DNA of 61,727 nt, the filler included, from Choristocarpus tenellus KU-1152 (taxonomy: Eukaryota; Protista; Phaeophyceae): the NCBI GenBank assembly GCA_964200185.2. It is 9 parts of 9 records of this genome, joined end to end, with 100 filler letters (N's around TTAATTAATTAA, not from the genome) between each part and the next. Parts side by side here need not be neighbours in the genome. Positions count along the whole stretch, not along the records: positions 10,441 to 17,351 come from CAXNAD020007083.1; positions 17,452 to 31,456 come from CAXNAD020001303.1; 7 more parts are not named here. One strand, written 5' to 3'. The notes beneath the pieces are model-generated. The model was given only the letters and a program-made list of their open reading frames with translations, searched no databases and was not told where the DNA came from. Of this stretch, positions 12,362 to 25,140 are shown in pieces; the first letter of the stretch is position 1; every line of letters begins with the position of its first letter. Both the position numbers and the translations under genes were made by a program.

Positions 12362-14330
12362 CCACTTGCTTCGGGATTGGAAAACTTGTCCTCAGAAGGG
12401 TCTGCATCAAGCCCTCCCCCCCCTTTGCAAAGCAGGGGCAACCTCTCCTACTGGGGTAAGACTTGTCATTAGGGGACGCCCAGGTCAGGTTATGCGTAGT
12501 AACAATGGCACTGGTCGGAGTAAGAACACGATACACATCACGGGGGTGATTGATCCCTGGCTCCAGATAAAAACACTGTTGAACCTTTTGGAAAGTCTTA
12601 CAGTCATGTGAGGGGAACAAGATAGTTACATCCCCATGAACTGCAATGTGGAAGGACTTCTGACTGGCAGTAATTATATTTCGACTGACTACACAAGGCT
12701 TGTTGTTGGTCATGCATGTTTTCATGTTCGTCATGTGGCATGAGACCGCATTGTCACAAATCCACTCTTCTCTTCGTGCACCAACCCCAACGTTTGACAC
12801 CAGACATTAATTTACCCCACACTTGCCTTGAGCATTGCTGCTCGGAGAGTCTTCTGTAGCCGCCAGTAGTATGTACCGCTCATTGTCGCCACTGCTGATC
12901 ACACTTTCCACAGTGATGTAGGAAGATTCTGCCTCGGTCTAGTCCTTTTCTTCCCCAGCTGCCACTGTGGTCATAAACACTGAGGTACATGTTATAACAT
13001 CATGAGCACATCCACCACACTTGGTGCAAATGCGGCTTGGGCAAGCTACCTCCTCATGTCCATTCTTCCCACACCTCTCACAAGGAATTTACTCCGAACT
13101 TTTAGGTTTGTAATTTGAACCATTCTTCTTCTTTCCTCCATGAAATTTACGCCCCCCTCCACGGACTTGGCCGTTACGATGAGACTAACTCTTTTCGCGT
13201 CTTGAACTTCCAGTCGTTGAACTTCCAGTCACGAGGGCATGGCTGTTCTTGGTTTTTGATGGAACCCTACTCGATGTTGATGATATTGATGCGTATATCT
13301 CACGGATTGCCTTCCTGACATGCACTGGAGACAGCGAGCTCCAAGAAGCGATCATGCTTACTTACCCCAGTGTCATAATCAGATCCCATCGCAATCAGGA
13401 ACTGAAGAAGTAGTATTTTGTCACAGATGATGAGGCCCATTGTCATCATTTGGCTCCGGAAGAACTCAAGTTCCATTAGAGTGAGGAGTGGGTTAGCCCC
13501 CTTCTCCACCTTTGAAGAGAAAAATTGCCGAAATAAATCTGGACTGCTGCCCATCGTGTTCGGCATAAACCAGTCGTCCACAGCTGCAAAAAGCTCGCTA
13601 GGGCTCAGGTGCGTGCAGCACAGACCCTCTGTGGTAGGGGCAACAAGAGCAATGGCGAGCACACAATATGCTTCCTCAGCCATCCAAACCTATTTAAGTA
13701 AAGGTCGAGAAATAATATTTAATCAGTTGTACTAAACCCATTATCAGCAAGTAGTTCCTGTGATCGCTCCTGATTGATCGGTCTTAGGGCAGTTAGTACA
13801 GACATATAGCCAGTGTGTTTACAGTGGATCATGAACCGCCTTCTCCAACCATGATAGTTGAAGTTGTCTACCAATATGGGCGGTTGGACCTTCGATCGCT
13901 GCCTTCTCCTGTAGGGAGCAAGATCAATTCCAGACGCTGCTACTGCCGAAGAACTTGATCTCCGACTGATACCACTCTGAATGCTCTGTCCGTTTGGACT
14001 GTCGCCATTTTGGAAACCTTCACCCACAACGGGTTCAACAGGTCCAACTTCGGGTGGTACAAAGCCAGCCGGTGGCTGTGTGCTGGGCACAGCGACTTGG
14101 ACGGTGGGATGATCTCCACCGCCAACTCTATTAACATTTATCTCCTAAAGACGGTCTCAGTCTAGCTTCTGTTCTTGTATCGCCTTAGATAGGTCCTCCA
14201 TAATGGAATCTATCTGTTCGTATACCAAGAACAAACATGGTTTAACCAATCAACAAATAATTCTCGTATTCTGACTCTGCATGTATACTACTACTGATAT
14301 CCGTTACAGTTGGAGGAATCTATTTGAACA
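12362..14330 (-). mobile_element. Internally deleted Ty1/Copia element (LTR-gag-protease, then a post-integrase fragment)
   Basis: gag ORFs 13719-14090 and 13300-13683; two CCHC knuckles CERCGKNGHEEVAC and CTKCGGCAHDVITC (~12985-13085); protease WICDNAVSCHMT (~12730-12765); LTR-like 14215-14330 starting TGTTCAAATAGATTCCTCCAACT on the minus strand. RT absent. Confidence 0.85.
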
Positions 14331-16544
14331 TCAGGAACGGCTGCTGGAGAGGTATGTGCTTGAGTGCTCACCAATGGGATTGTTAGAGTGGTGGGAGGCT
14401 CCATACTGCTTTAGCACCACTAAAAATAAAAAATGAGCCGAATACTCCCCATTCTGTGTTCTATTTTTTTGGAAACGTTTCAGAATGGATTTCTTTGCTG
14501 AATTCTTCGATTTTGGTGTGTTGATGTAGATTTTTTTTTTTCCAAGGAATCCAACGCAAAAATCCTCTTTGTAATCGGAGGCCATCCCGAAGAGCTACAG
14601 CTTTATGGCACAGACTTACGGGACAGAGGGTATATTTTCAAATGCAAATGTTAAGTCGCAGTGATCGAGTTGGAGATGCTGTGCCCATTCAAGGTAGGGG
14701 TGAGAAGATGGAGGGGGGAGCTTAGATGATGTGGTGAGAGGTGATGTCCACAGGTACTGACAAAATGTACAAATGTTTGACAATACAAAAACAACACTCC
14801 CACAGATTGCTCCAAATCACCATTTATAGTCAATGGATGTGGGTATGCTTCCCATCAATCAACGCTCCTCGACAGTTAAAGGGAGGAAGCATTCAACATG
14901 TGGGTGGGGTGATTATATAAGTTCACTGTACAACACCCCTACCGATAAATTTAGCAAAAATATATGTGCTATGGTAGTTATAATTGATTGAACAAAGGAT
15001 AGTCTATACTATTTCGTGTCGAGGGGCAGAGTGATGACATGAGATAGCTCAACCACATAGTTGATGATAGAGGGAGTAGCTTTCCCCATTATACTTGTGA
15101 TGATGCCTTATGATTGGTTTCAAAAGCTTTCTTTGCCTTTCTCACTTGCTCAACCATCGCTTGGCATTAGCTCATCAATCTGGAGTCCCACAACATAAGA
15201 AGAAAAAATCAACTCCAGGAGGCCAATAAACTGAACGTCGCAAGGCACAAGCTTACAACTTTTCAATGTTTCTGGTAGAGCACCTGCTCTGCTTCTAATG
15301 TGGTGCTTCAAATGGTGCAGCAACCATTTCTAACCAACTACATAAACATGGTGCTAAGTACAGTGCAGTCAAGGTGTACCTAATATCGACCAACATCATA
15401 TGCGGTCTATACATTATGACCCCCCGTCTGTCTCATATCCCCTTCTTCCAGAGTAATTGCATGGTACTACTACTACAGAGTACTACTACAGAGTTGGCAG
15501 GCAACAACCTCAAACTGCCACACCCTCACGACCATTGCTCATCGAATCACAGACCTACAACTCACAAAAACTTCCATTTCTACCGCACTGCATACAACCA
15601 TCCCACATCCAGGAGTAATTTACTCCTACTTTCCTCCTGGTATCAACATACACAATATCATCCGTACCCCCCCGAGGCTGATCAATGAGGTACAGTCAGT
15701 CGGCAGTGTTATCCACTCCCCTGGGAAGTACCATCTACGCACTGTGCCATCACTGACCTAATCCACCATCACTGCTAACATAACAGATATTACCGGGTCC
15801 TTGGGGTTAACCACAACAACACAAGGCACCCTCTTTCCTCTCCACTCTCAAATATATCAGACGAGTTCAGCATCAAGTACATATTTCAAAACTTGTACAT
15901 GTTTGGTGGAGGAGGGCAAGGAAACAAGCAGCCTTCACTGGTGGCACAGCATAAGCAAATTATCCCTCGTCACCAAGTGCTCCACGGCCTGATCCCCCCA
16001 ACCTACGCAGATGTGCCCTTGCCATCCCCCTCCGCATACCTTATGATGAGAACCACAGAAACTGATACCACGCACGGTCCTATCCCATTATCCCCCAAGA
16101 CAAAGCTCCCCCGTCCTTCCAACAACAAAACAAAAAAATAACGTTATTCCTGATACACTACCCTACTCGTCTCACTTAACTCTTTCAACTATCTTGTACG
16201 TGTAACGGCACCACTGGACTGCCTGAACACGGTGGTACAAACCTCAAGACCTGTCAAATTCACACCAGGCATTGATTGAAGTTGATACTTCCTTGCATAG
16301 CAAATTAATCATTTGGGGTGGCATATGTTCAGGGATTCGAATAATTCAATCGCCTTTAAGGTGTACTTTGGACATTTTATACCATCCCACCAATCGATCA
16401 TACAACCTTACACCAAACACAATGTTGTGAGATGCAAACATCTAGACCGCTGCAGTTCTAGTACCCTAACAACCACAACAGCATAAGTAGGCTCAAGGGG
16501 GCAAGAAGAGGGGCTAAAAACGAATAGCATCTGTTTCGTTTTTT

Positions 16545-17308
16545 CTACTCTTGTGCCTTATCATGTCCCTCGTTGTTGACAAGGGCGGCCGTCGCCTGAC
16601 CGGGAGCCGAAGTCGCTTGCAATGCCACAGCCCATTCCAATCCAATAGCCATGGCCAGTGGGGGGGGGACAGCATTCCCGATCTGTGCACACAAGGGAGT
16701 AAGTAAGAGCAGGTGACTTGAGGCACAGACAGATGCCCAGGGGGACAAAAGGGTGTTTGTAGCATGGCGGATCAGAGATGCATTGAGTTACATCATGAGG
16801 CATGGAGAGGAGTGAGTGGAGTTGCTTCTGGTGAGGAAGGCATTTTGCATGTTCATGATGGAGAATGAAACAGACCCACCAACATCAACCCGAGACGTAA
16901 TTCTTGGTCAGTCAGGGCAGAGCCTCCACAGATGCAAACATGAACATTTGAATCAGAGAAAGCGGCCCTGCCTTCCCGTCGGAAAATTTACAGAAGCCAA
17001 TGCCTGTTTACATGCACATCAGCTCCTCCTCCTCTAAATAAATAAATAAACATGACAACAACAAAAAATCCCCAAGAACAAAGTTATCCCTCACACACAA
17101 TAAAGTAAAACAAAAAAAATGCTACGATCTGGCTGTAGCACAGAACAGTCCTCGAACCAGAGTGAAGACAAAAAGGGTCACACAGTCCAGCACTTCTTTG
17201 CCCCAGAGCCTCTCACCCACCTGTCTGTAGCGTTCCACGATGCCACCGCAAAAGCGGAAGTGATCCGGGAAGCCCTGTGACCGAGCGCACTCGCGCACAG
17301 AAACCACC
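16545..17308 (-). CDS. DNMT1: C5 cytosine DNA methyltransferase, DNMT1/MET1 family; last two exons only (17308-17221, 16682-16545)
   Basis: A canonical GT-AG intron joins (R)[29 protein letters not shown] to [17 protein letters not shown]...*, i.e. motifs IX-X in the DNMT1 form. Upstream exons are lost at the spacer. Confidence 0.88.
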
Positions 17309-18127
17309 CTGTATAAAAAAAAAGTGGTGGTGGTGGTGGTGGTGCGTGGGGNNNNNNNNNNNNNNNNNNNNNNNNNNNNNNNNNNNNNNNNNNNNTTAAT
17401 TAATTAANNNNNNNNNNNNNNNNNNNNNNNNNNNNNNNNNNNNNNNNNNNNCCCCCCCCTTCCCCCCCCCCAGATACTTTGACCTGGGATGGAAGAGGGA
17501 GGCGCAACCAGATGAAGGAAGTTGTCCTTGCATCTGACTCGTTCACTCAAATGACATGAAAATAACTACAGAGTAACAAAGACCCTGAATGGACGCCTGA
17601 CCCCTCTGAGGTCAGGTGGTGCTATGAACCGAAGAGTTTATCGTTTTGACCTCATTTATTGCAAGATATTGTTGATGCTTACAATAACTGTTCCGCCAAA
17701 CGAACAATAAATCTAATTATGTGCAATGTGCAATGTGCAAGACGGAGTACAGATAGAGAGTTAGTGGGAGAGATATAATGGGAGAAATGTGGTGTCCAGA
17801 AGGTCTTGTGGTGTTGGGTTCATGTCTCACCTTGGATAAGGTTAGGTTACATAGAACCTTGACCACCTTATCCTCCCAGTCACGAACCTATTTTTTTACA
17901 GCAGGTAAGTATATTTCCTGCAACTTGTGCTACGGTGGGGTCTTGACATTAAATTTATGTAGACAGAAAACAGCAAGCGACGTCAAAGTCCTTATCAGTA
18001 AATACAAAACTATGATGCTTCATAATATATACTCGGCAGACTGGGGAAATACAAGGCAGGCAAAAATCAGGCACAAAAGACCAAAGCACAAATCAACACA
18101 TATATAAGTATCACCCCCATCAACATC

Positions 18128-21100
18128 TCATGCATCCCGGGCACCAAATCTCTTTCTTATTATTGCGTCAAATTGTCTCTTAAGTACTGCTCCTTTGCCC
18201 TGATCAGGTCCCGGATTAGCCAAACCAGAGTCGCTTGAATGTTGTTCAAATAATGCTTCGTTGGCACCCCTTTTTTCTGCCTCTATTGTTCCCATTCCAT
18301 CTTTTACTTCCTCTTCCCTCCCCACCCCGCTCTCTCTGCCATTATCGCCAACAGGTATTGGAATTTCCTTTCTATGCTCAACTGATGAAAGGGTAGAGCT
18401 GATGCTCTTACTTCTGTGATTGTTGTTGACAAAGCTGTATTGGCCTCTATTGTGTGTGCCCCCTATGTCTCCACCTGTCCTCAACATTTCTTCTCCCTCC
18501 AAAACGACTGAAGCATCACCGAGAACATTTCCCCCTAAAGGGTTTCCATTGGCGAGACCTCCTCCTTCTGTACTTTTCACAAGATAGTGATCTGCCACTA
18601 CTGATATTGCTGCTTTGCCCAGTTGCTGTTCCTGCATATTCTTGGTTTGGGGAGCAGACAATGAAACATCCACCTTCCCTCGTGCCTCCCCTGCCTCTGC
18701 CCCCTTCATGCCAACAGGTGTATCGTGATGCGCGTGAGTTTTCAGTTCCCCCGTTTCCAGTTCTTCTTCCTCGGGCAGATGATGCTGTTCTGTCTTGATT
18801 CGATTCATGCCTTCCACCTGCCCCATTAGTTTTTCACCTACCATGCGCAGTTGCTTGATTTTTCCAGTGACTCCTGCCCCTCCCTCCTCCTCCTTTGCTG
18901 AAGACCCTGCAACCGCATGAGACATAGTGTCACCATTCCTAACTGATGTTTTCCCTATGTCGCTGGGATCAGTACCTGATTCTAACACTTGTGCATCTAA
19001 TCCATCCAATATTGTTCCGTGACCTCCTTTACCCTTGGTAAGGTATCCATTACCTTTCCTTCGATTGCCAACTCCAGATCTAGAATCCAAGGGGCAAGTT
19101 GCTGTAGGTAGGGAATTGGCATCTCGTCCTTCATTGGAGGCTGGGCCTTGTGTTGCATTTTTCCCTGGGCGTTTAGGTGGTGATTGTCCCTGTCCAGATG
19201 CAGGATCCTAGAGAGAGATGGGATAAAGGGCTGAGTGGAGTGGAGAATGCTTATGAAGTAGTGCATCAATTAAATTTTGACTGCCTGGAGACTTTTGGCA
19301 TGTGCATGACCATGATGTCATTACTAGTGAACAGTTACTTCTAATAACTACAATCAAGCTTCTTGGAGGAGTCACTGGGAGACTTGAGCAATTGCGGAGG
19401 GGAGTGAAGTTATTCAATGGGACTTCTAGGCTCTTTGCCTTTGTGGAATTTGTGTCCTGGCATTTGGGGGCGAAATGCATATGGGTTACGTGGGCCAGGT
19501 GCAGCTCAACAGGAGGGGTAAGAGACTGGTGGGTCATGTGAAGGGATTGGGGTTGAGAGAGGAGGGTGTGAGGCTATGGGTGATGTCAATCACTGGTGGC
19601 AGAACTTTTCACAGCTGTGCATTGCACACATTGCCACCTGTTCATTATACAGAATGAACAGTGAGCATTACTGTCTTCATCATCCAGTGCCTGGGATGGG
19701 CCATGTTCCACTTTTAGCAGCGGCAAATCTTCCCCATCCATCACCTCAGACAGCTTAACCTGTCATATCCTCCAAAAAGCTGTAGTAACCCTATTCAAAA
19801 AACATCATACACATTCACTCACTCACTAACACACACACACACACACACACACAAATGATTCTGGATGGGTACTTCCATATCCATTCATAAGTGGTGAACA
19901 CCCATGCCCGCAAGAGTTTTATGGTTATTTGTGTTTCTGTGTAACAACTCGACCATCGTTTGGAGCACTTGGCCAACAGGCGGAGGATCACTATACATTA
20001 ATTCCTCTTACCTTGGTCACAAAAGTTTTCTGCAGGCGATCCACTGTGCGAGACAGTTCCTCGTTCTCTTGAAGCACCTGTTGAGTCATCCTCTCTGTCT
20101 CATGCTCCTTGTGCGACGCTCTAGCTGACTCCCGCCTCAGGTGATGGCACTGCCGCCTCACCGATGAAATAAAAGGGAATAAAATGAGAAAGACATGGAT
20201 GGGGTATCATCCTACACTCTACCCAGGGTTACAAATTTCGGGGCTGGACTTCTGTCGATTTGTAGAGTATTGATGAAAACGAAGGTATTGGTGTGTGTCC
20301 GCTCACACTTGCAACCATGGAGGGATTGCACCAGGTACAATATGTGGACACAATATACGGAATTTGAACATTTTTCCAGCAATGACATGGGAACAAGGCC
20401 TTGCGTCAGAGCTACAAAAGGATGATACTTAAGGGGAACAGTGTCTTTTCTCCAAGGCATATGATTCTGCATGTCACAGAGTAGGACAGGGGGGAATATG
20501 CACCAAGAGGTCTTCATTTTCAATGGATATAGTTCGAGCCTCCATGATACCCATATGATGTATACCTCCTCTTCATATTTCTCCAAAAGTAGTGCCGCTT
20601 CGTGGTCAACTTTAACCATTCGCAACGATTGTGCCTCAGACAGCAAAGATAATTCCTGTTCTGTTCCCTTTGTCATCACTCCCACTGCCCCATCCAATGC
20701 TGCAGTCTTTCCCTTATTCCCACCCCACTCCCCTGCTTGAGCGTTGTATTCCTTGCTATGCGGTGGTGAATGCAGCGGCTTGGGTGTTTCCGACTGTTGC
20801 CAGGGTTCTGAATCATTCCCAGAGAGAGGTGTAATCCTACTGCCTTTTCCACTGCCATGCCCACTCCCTCTTCCTCCAGGCGTTGAAGAAGGTATGGATC
20901 CTCCTCGTAGGAAGCTGTTCTCCATGCGCAAGAGCCCAACCTCACAGCGCAGAGCTGCAATGAGCTTTTCTCGTGGGTCCAGCTGCACATGGGGCTTGTT
21001 TCTGATGTTGAGGGCTCGCGCAGCATAGTTGAGGGTTGCAGCGGACTCCTCTGCGTGGTCAGCTGATGGAGAGACACAGGCCACCATTAGAGTGAGCCGG

Positions 21101-22445
21101 TTGCCTCCAAGGCTTTCCATAAGCAGCTTGGTCAGGGTAGAGTCACGATAGGGTACCCACACATCTGTGGAAGCTGGTGCTGGAAGGTGAGCATTGCCTC
21201 TTCTTGCTCCTGCTCCTGATCCTTGCACTGACCTTCTCCTTGCCCTTGCTTCTTCTCCTGTCTGGGTGACAGTGGAGGTGGCACTTCTAGTAGCTGCAGC
21301 CGATCCCTGCTTGCTCAGGGCAGAGATGACCTTGCCTAATGTCATGAGAGACCTGTTGATGGACGCTGTCTCTTTCCCATCCTTTGTGTGTGATCTCTTG
21401 AGCCGCTCACTTCCTGCTAGGTCAACAAAGGCCACCTTTCTTCCAGATTGGTTGTTGACCCCATGGCACCGTCATCGTTTGGCAAAATCATAATAAAACA
21501 AAAAAAAACGCATTACAACAAAAAAAGAAAAGGCGCATGGGGAAGTCGAACACATGGTCATGTGAATTTGTGGATCACACCATGGCATATTCACAGTGAA
21601 ACCTTATGCACTGAGAAGAGAGTAACTGCAAGCATCTTGATATTTGTAGGGGATTGATTTTTCTCAGAATTTTCGAGGAGTTTTCCTTGAAAACGGAGAA
21701 AGTTTTTACCAGCAGACAAGGCTGACCAATATTGGCCGGGTCATGCAGCAAGTGGGTGCACAGAAGAAGACAGATATTCACGAGCTACAGTAAAATAAAA
21801 AACAATTGAATGCGAATTTTTTCATACATGTCATGATACATATACACAGTAGGTGGAAGTCTGATGGTGACTATTGTGGTATTGGACAACGGCCAACAAC
21901 CACAACTGTTGAACTCACCACCTACCTATATATATAGGGAACTAGGTATATGGAAGAATGTATTGGTGATATGGAAATAATGGTAATCGCCAAAGAAAAG
22001 ATCTGGTCGTAGAATTGTATACAGTACTCTAACCCAGACCAGGGAGTGGACCGAATTTAAAAAAAGGTTCAATAGGGCCTGGACAGGGCTTTCAGATATT
22101 CAACAGGTTCGGCCTGTTCAAGATATATTTTAACAGGACTGGGTCAGTGCTTGGTTGGACCAAACTGTGTGATTCATGTGTGAATTGTCATGTTGATTTC
22201 AAACTTCAAAACAGACGTGTTAACTGCTGATTTGGTGTGAAGCCCAGGTTATGATGCGCTGCATTTGTAGTTTGTAGTTTGTTAAGAGGTTCTTTGGTGC
22301 CTGAGTTATTCTTTGAGTTAGTGATACTATCTAAGAGGGACGTGTCACCAAGTTTCAAGGGTGCCTTGAGGTACGTGCGATTTAAGCACTGTGAAGGGCG
22401 CTATTGCTACCAATTGCAAGGGTAATCTTTTCTTCTGCACCAAAA

Positions 22446-22521
<76 letters not shown>

Positions 22522-24753
22522 ACCTGGAGGGGATTAGTTGCATTGACAAATGGGTATGATGTATATTGCGCAAGATGCAAAAAGACCTTGAACTCGAGAG
22601 GGCTAAAATGAACCTTCATCATAGATATATAATAGTATATAATGTACGTTTTACCACTACAATATAGTATATTGTTTATTATACTTTGTAATGAGAAATT
22701 TCAAACAAAAATGTATATATGGAGAATATTAACAGGACAGGAGACTAAAGGGTGGGTCCAGTTTTCAACCCTTCTAATTATGGGGTGAGCCTCATATTTA
22801 ATATCCTTTGCCGGGGTCAGTCCGGTTAAAAATGTAGTTTAACAGAGCCGGCCTGCAGCCTGGTCAGACAGGTGAAAGCTGCTGAATGGAGAATTATATC
22901 AAGCAAAAAAATAGCATACACAGTAATTCTTCATCTGAAGTTCACCGTACATAGTCTCCACTCCATTTTTGCGTACACCAAACTATCATACATTTGAGAC
23001 TGCATCGGCTAATAACCGCTTGTTCTCACTTCCAAAGTTTGGTTAATATACCATAAACAACCCTGAGCTGGCTTTGATGGTCATGAGGCTTTGAGGTTCG
23101 AGCACAACTTCTATCTGAGACTTGCTTTCTTTTCATTCCTACATATCTGCTCATGCCTTGCCAAACTTTTGGATGGAGTGAATATCCTCCTCGCTACTTT
23201 GCTCGCTCTGCAGATAGACTGTAAGGAGCGAGTGACTCCGACTGGAGTCTTGATTGATGGCATGAGCAGCCACCCGGCGATTGCCATTGCCCTCATCCAC
23301 CACAGCCATGATATCCTCCAGTCCACGGATCTCCACCTCAAACAGTCCTTGAACAAAAAAACCCCGCTTAGAATTGTATCGCACCTTTAAATCAATGTCA
23401 AGGAACGGGTAGAGGTGGGTCAATGTTTTGCAATGGAGTCTCGAAATTTTACTCCAATATCACAGCCTTACATTCAAAGTACTCAAGCTTGTGTTATGGT
23501 GGTGGTGGGGTTGGTTCGAGGAGCTGAACCAGCCGATGGTCATGTGTGTATGTGTTAAGGGAGTCGAATAGAACTATACCTAACCTCTGCTGCAATGAGC
23601 CACAGTAAACGAGAAGTAGTCATGGTTGCATGTTTAGGATACTGACAATTTCGTGCAAAATTCGGCTTTTTATACAAATGTGTACAGGAACTTTTCTGAA
23701 TTCAGTAAAAAGTTTCCAAACAATGGAGACATCAGCAGTCTCAAGTCAATGCTAGTACTTCAATGATAGAAATAAGGGTGAATTGCAAAGATGAAAAAGG
23801 TGACTTGAGATGCATTGTGGTCAAAATCGGGGGACCTCTTGTTCACTTTGGCTTAACCGACCCTTTTTTCCTCCCAAGTCAATGCCTCCTATTGGGAGAA
23901 CAGAAACTGAAATTACGTCTCTACAAGAGATGAGGAAAAGGCCGAGAAGTAGATGGGCATAACCCACCTGAAGTGGTCTATCCTGGCGATTGAGAAGATC
24001 GAACACCACCTCATTGTAAATTTCGCAGTAAGAGGCACGAATTCGTAACTTGACATCCTCTGGGAGACTTGACACACGGTCGAAGATGTATCGCATTGAT
24101 CGCTGTATAAGGCCATCCGATTCATCTGGCGTATTCTTGGCCCGGGAAGTGCGAATCTCCTGGACCCGAGAAATCTGCTCCCTACCAGACATGGTATAGG
24201 TTTTTCCCGCGCCTGTAGCTCCGTAAGCGAATACTGTGCAAGCATAGCCATCAATAGCAGCTACGAGAAGGGGCATCAGTCCACAAGATGAAAACATTTC
24301 CTCTTGGGAGAAGCCTTCGTGGGCGCAGAGGTCAAAGTTGTAGAATCGACTTTCGCTGCCATTTACTGCTGGAGTGAGCAGTAGTTCGAGAACTTTCGGA
24401 TTGCGGCAACGAAGTACCCTTTCCCCACCTTTCGCCTCTTCTTCCGTGGTCAGTGGCCTAACTCTAACTGCTACTCGAAACCCCCCTTCCTCGTTCGAAT
24501 GTCCTTCCCTGGTGGAAGATGTAGCCCTTGATGTCCCCTGACTCCCACGAGGGGTCGAAATTGGTACCCTGGTAGCGGCGCTGCTCGGTGGGGATGATGT
24601 GGAGGGGTTCGACACGTGCAGACTCTTTGACCGACGCGACGTAGGTGAAAGTTGATTTGGGAGCGCCTGTCGACGCCCCTGAGGTGGCTCCGGAGCTCTA
24701 CCTCGAGCATTACCAGGTTTGTATGCTCTGGTGTTCTTTGTTGGCTGCAACAT
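18128..24753 (-). CDS. Kinesin motor protein, most like kinesin-16/KIF12. Exons 24753-23968, 23384-23157, 21435-20566, ~20149(or 20161)-20012, uncertain exon(s) within 19759-19260, last exon 19207-18128
   Basis: P-loop GATGAGKT, SYCEIYNE, switch I SSRSH, switch II DLAGSER, INRSL, PYRDSTLTKLLMESLGGN, TLNYA, neck DPREKLIAALRCEVGLLRMEN. The three motor exons splice in phase 0; long low-complexity tail. Confidence 0.92.
22448..22517 (+). repeat. (CA)n microsatellite in kinesin intron 2
   Basis: About 35 CA units read directly. Confidence 0.97.
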
Positions 24754-25140
24754 GGCAGCCAACTAATGTGCACAGGCATCGTCTACATGCCCAGTATTAT
24801 TCGCATATCTTCGAGTCTCTATGGAATCGTGGATTTATACCTGAACCTCTACGTTACTATTGATATATTACATACACTCCCTACCGAACAATACACTGTA
24901 CAGTAGTAGAGGAGACAGGGAGGGCACAAATAATCCCTAAAGGTCCACAAGCCTAGAATGTACTCCAACGAATCTCTTGTTACATACAGTGTTATAAAGT
25001 TAATTTCGGTTACTCTGTTTGCCGGTGACGGCTATTCAAAAAGTTCCTTCCCTCACCTTTTGTGTACCCTGAAAAAATCTTGTTGACAAAACAAGGGAGG
25101 AGGTCGCCCTATCTGCAGACCAAACACCCATTGGTGGAAG
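24754..25140. promoter_or_regulatory. Putative bidirectional promoter between the kinesin and OST3/OST6 genes
   Basis: Divergent ATGs at 24753 (minus) and 25141 (plus) separated by 387 bp. No specific promoter element identified. Confidence 0.6.

Noticed and set aside
16545-17308. Bacterial restriction-modification methyltransferase or contaminant
   Set aside because: It has a spliceosomal GT-AG intron and DNMT1-style motif wording; no operon or nuclease nearby.
17596-17654. Hairpin (tgaggtca...tgacctca, containing ATGA) as a SECIS element or ncRNA
   Set aside because: The stem is too short for SECIS geometry, it is on the strand opposite the nearby gene, and there is no selenoprotein evidence.
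22382-22622. ORFs with poly-(CV) tracts
   Set aside because: Translations of the (CA)n microsatellite in an intron.
16545-24753. DNMT1-kinesin fusion or functional gene cluster
   Set aside because: The kinesin has its own stop at 18128, and an artificial spacer separates the two genes.
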